Virus record (IMG/VR): IMGVR_UViG_3300046794_000505
Location: 21,777-85,776 of that record
Direction: 5' to 3' (one strand)
Source of the DNA: a virus
Length of the DNA: 64,000 nucleotides
Each line of letters starts with the position of its first letter. Position 1 is the first letter of the stretch. Positions 62,445-64,000 of this stretch are shown here, piece after piece. The notes under the pieces were generated by a model, which saw only the letters and a program-made list of their open reading frames with translations, did not search any database and was not told the DNA's origin. Made by a program: the position numbers and the translations under genes.

Positions 62445-63063
62445 CCGTGAATGACTCCGCTTCCCACGCCTCTGAGAAATCCTCGTCGGCGAACAGTCCG
62501 GCCAAGCCGGTGATCTGCTGTAGGCGCAGCACCTCATCGGGCTCCATGCCAAGCTCTTTTGAAATACGCTCATCACTCCAGAATCGGCGCTTCAGCTCGA
62601 CAACGATGTCCGACATGCTTTCGACCTTGTGCGCACCTCGGGCCCGGTTATGGCGGATCGTCGAGGCCATGCGGTCGTTCTTGTCTTGCTGTCCAGGATT
62701 GATCGATACCACCGGCAGATAGCCGTGAATGCGCTCGCGGACTAGATCAGATTCCTTGCCGACGCGGTGCCGGTGGAAGCCGTCCACGACCTCGATACCA
62801 TTATTTGGCCAAGTGACGATGGGTTGTGTATAGCCGTCGCTAAGGATCGAGTGTTCCAGCAAGCGCATTTCAGGTGGCGCTACGCTGTTCGGGTTGTAGT
62901 CGTTAGCGTGAATCTGATCGTTCTTAACCCACTCGACGAAATCGACCGGCTCAGACTTGAAGGGGCTGTAGGCGTGAATCTGACGACGCAGCTCATTGAT
63001 TGCCTCAATGCGAGCATCAATGGGGAGCGCCTCCAAGTATGAAAAGTCCAGAAGATCACGCAT
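62410..63063 (-). CDS. ibrB: IbrB-like ParB/Srx-domain protein
   Basis: ANDYNPNSVAPPEM.LL..SI..DG.TQPIV, VVDGFHR, ASTIRHNRARG.H, C-terminal HTH. Confidence 0.85.
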   Translation of the reverse strand: MRDLLDFSYLEALPIDARIEAINELRRQIHAYSPFKSEPVDFVEWVKNDQIHANDYNPNSVAPPEMRLLEHSILSDGYTQPIVTWPNNGIEVVDGFHRHRVGKESDLVRERIHGYLPVVSINPGQQDKNDRMASTIRHNRARGAHKVESMSDIVVELKRRFWSDERISKELGMEPDEVLRLQQITGLAGLFADEDFSEAWEAESFTDEAEEIDEAQV

Positions 63064-63463
63064 CAGCCATCTCCTGCTTGATCGCCCGATCGATGAACTT
63101 CGGCAGACGTGGACCGGGAACAAATACCGCAGGGCATGGCAGGACTTCGGCAGATTCGTAGATCGGGATTCCGAGGCGAACCGCCTCGATGATCTCGCCG
63201 ATGGTCCCGCGAGACATCTGCCAGCCGGCGCAGAGGACGACGGCATCACAGCGCCGCATAAGTTCGAGGGTTGCATCCAGCCAGAATTTTTCGTCGCCCG
63301 GACGGATGATGGAATCCATGTGGGCTGTGTTCATGTGTGGCACTATCGGGCTCCATCCAAGTTGGGCTACCAGGCAGCCCACCTTCTTGGCCGACTGGAT
63401 GTTGAGTTCGATGCCTTCACGCGTGGCGTGTCTATACGGACCTGCGACGTAAATGACCTTCAT
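63056..63463 (-). CDS. nucleoside deoxyribosyltransferase-like protein (DUF4406-type)
   Basis: 'IYVAGPY...P..PH...L.L...CDAV....GW..S.G...E...A..LGIP'. Confidence 0.7.
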   Translation of the reverse strand: MKVIYVAGPYRHATREGIELNIQSAKKVGCLVAQLGWSPIVPHMNTAHMDSIIRPGDEKFWLDATLELMRRCDAVVLCAGWQMSRGTIGEIIEAVRLGIPIYESAEVLPCPAVFVPGPRLPKFIDRAIKQEMADA

Positions 63464-63641
63464 GTTCAGCTATCCCTAATAATTAGTGGCGCCGCTAATT
63501 TGCGCTCGCAACTGCATTATTCAGGAACACTGACATTAAAACAAGCTATCTGACTGTTCTTGTTGACGACAGCAGCGCTGTTTCTAAGCCGGCGAGGATA
63601 AACCTGTTTCAGCGCTGATAGAGCACAGCTTGAATGGCATC

Positions 63642-64000
63642 TCATGATATTTTACCTGGGTAGGTTTTTGTCAGCGCTCCATTGACGGCATGTCCGCGCC
63701 TCTGGACGATCCGAGCCAGCTTCTCCCGGTCCTTCTCGCTGTGGCTGGCCTGACTGAGCAAACCGAAATAGCTGTTTGCGGTTTCGCGCAGATCCTCGGC
63801 TGGTGCTGCGGCTGTGCGCTTCAGTGCCTGAGCTAGTGAACGTTTACGGGTGGTGCGCCTCCACGGCTTGATGACGTGACCAACGAAGTCGACGCCGCGA
63901 TCCACGGGTTGCAGGATGGTCTTCGTCGGGTTCAACTTGGCGCCAAGGCTCGGCAGGAATGCTTCGACCTCAGCCTTCCAAGCGTTGAGCTGTTGCGGAG
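63642..64000 (-). CDS. reverse transcriptase, DGR-type (3' end only; truncated by window edge)
   Basis: Frame open to the edge: PQQLNAW...FL..LG.KLNP.KT.LQPV.RGVDFVGH...NSYFGLL (RT domains 6-7 and thumb); YxDD not visible. Confidence 0.7.
   Translation of the reverse strand, partial: PQQLNAWKAEVEAFLPSLGAKLNPTKTILQPVDRGVDFVGHVIKPWRRTTRKRSLAQALKRTAAAPAEDLRETANSYFGLLSQASHSEKDREKLARIVQRRGHAVNGALTKTYPGKIS

Noticed and set aside
1-64000. Prophage boundary, att site, integrase, IS element or rRNA
   Set aside because: None recognised; phage-type genes run to both edges.

Overview
The whole window is part of a large, moderately GC-rich contractile-tailed phage or prophage. The host is most likely Pseudomonas: it carries a close homologue of the Pseudomonas PHA depolymerase PhaZ and several Pseudomonas-phage-type small ORFs. 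Left to right: small accessory ORFs and an orphan fibre-like gene pair (0.2-3.7 kb); a gpA-type terminase large subunit and a long leftward run of small ORFs with a candidate TerS and a metallopeptidase (3.7-14.8 kb); an AT-rich origin/packaging-like element (~14.9-15.15 kb); a leftward early operon with phaZ, rdgC, primase-helicase, VRR-NUC nuclease, SF2 helicase and an HTH regulator (16.6-30.1 kb); a rightward recombination operon (30.3-34.8 kb); lysis genes; and a tail/neck/head module resembling SPO1/phage K (Herelleviridae-type) proteins, interrupted by an opposite-strand island with a tRNA(CAT). The right end holds an IbrA/IbrB + GNAT + NDT-like putative DNA-modification operon and the 3' end of a DGR-type reverse transcriptase. 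No portal, integrase or CI-type repressor was recognised. The most striking unannotated signal is a 16-bp element, NTCGTG(A/C)Y-NN-NANNNT, found by eye 12 times, mostly at the heads of virion and lysis transcription units. Four copies end only 6-7 nt before an ATG, implying a phage late-promoter class that makes leaderless mRNAs. All family assignments come from motif recognition by eye; no database searches were run.
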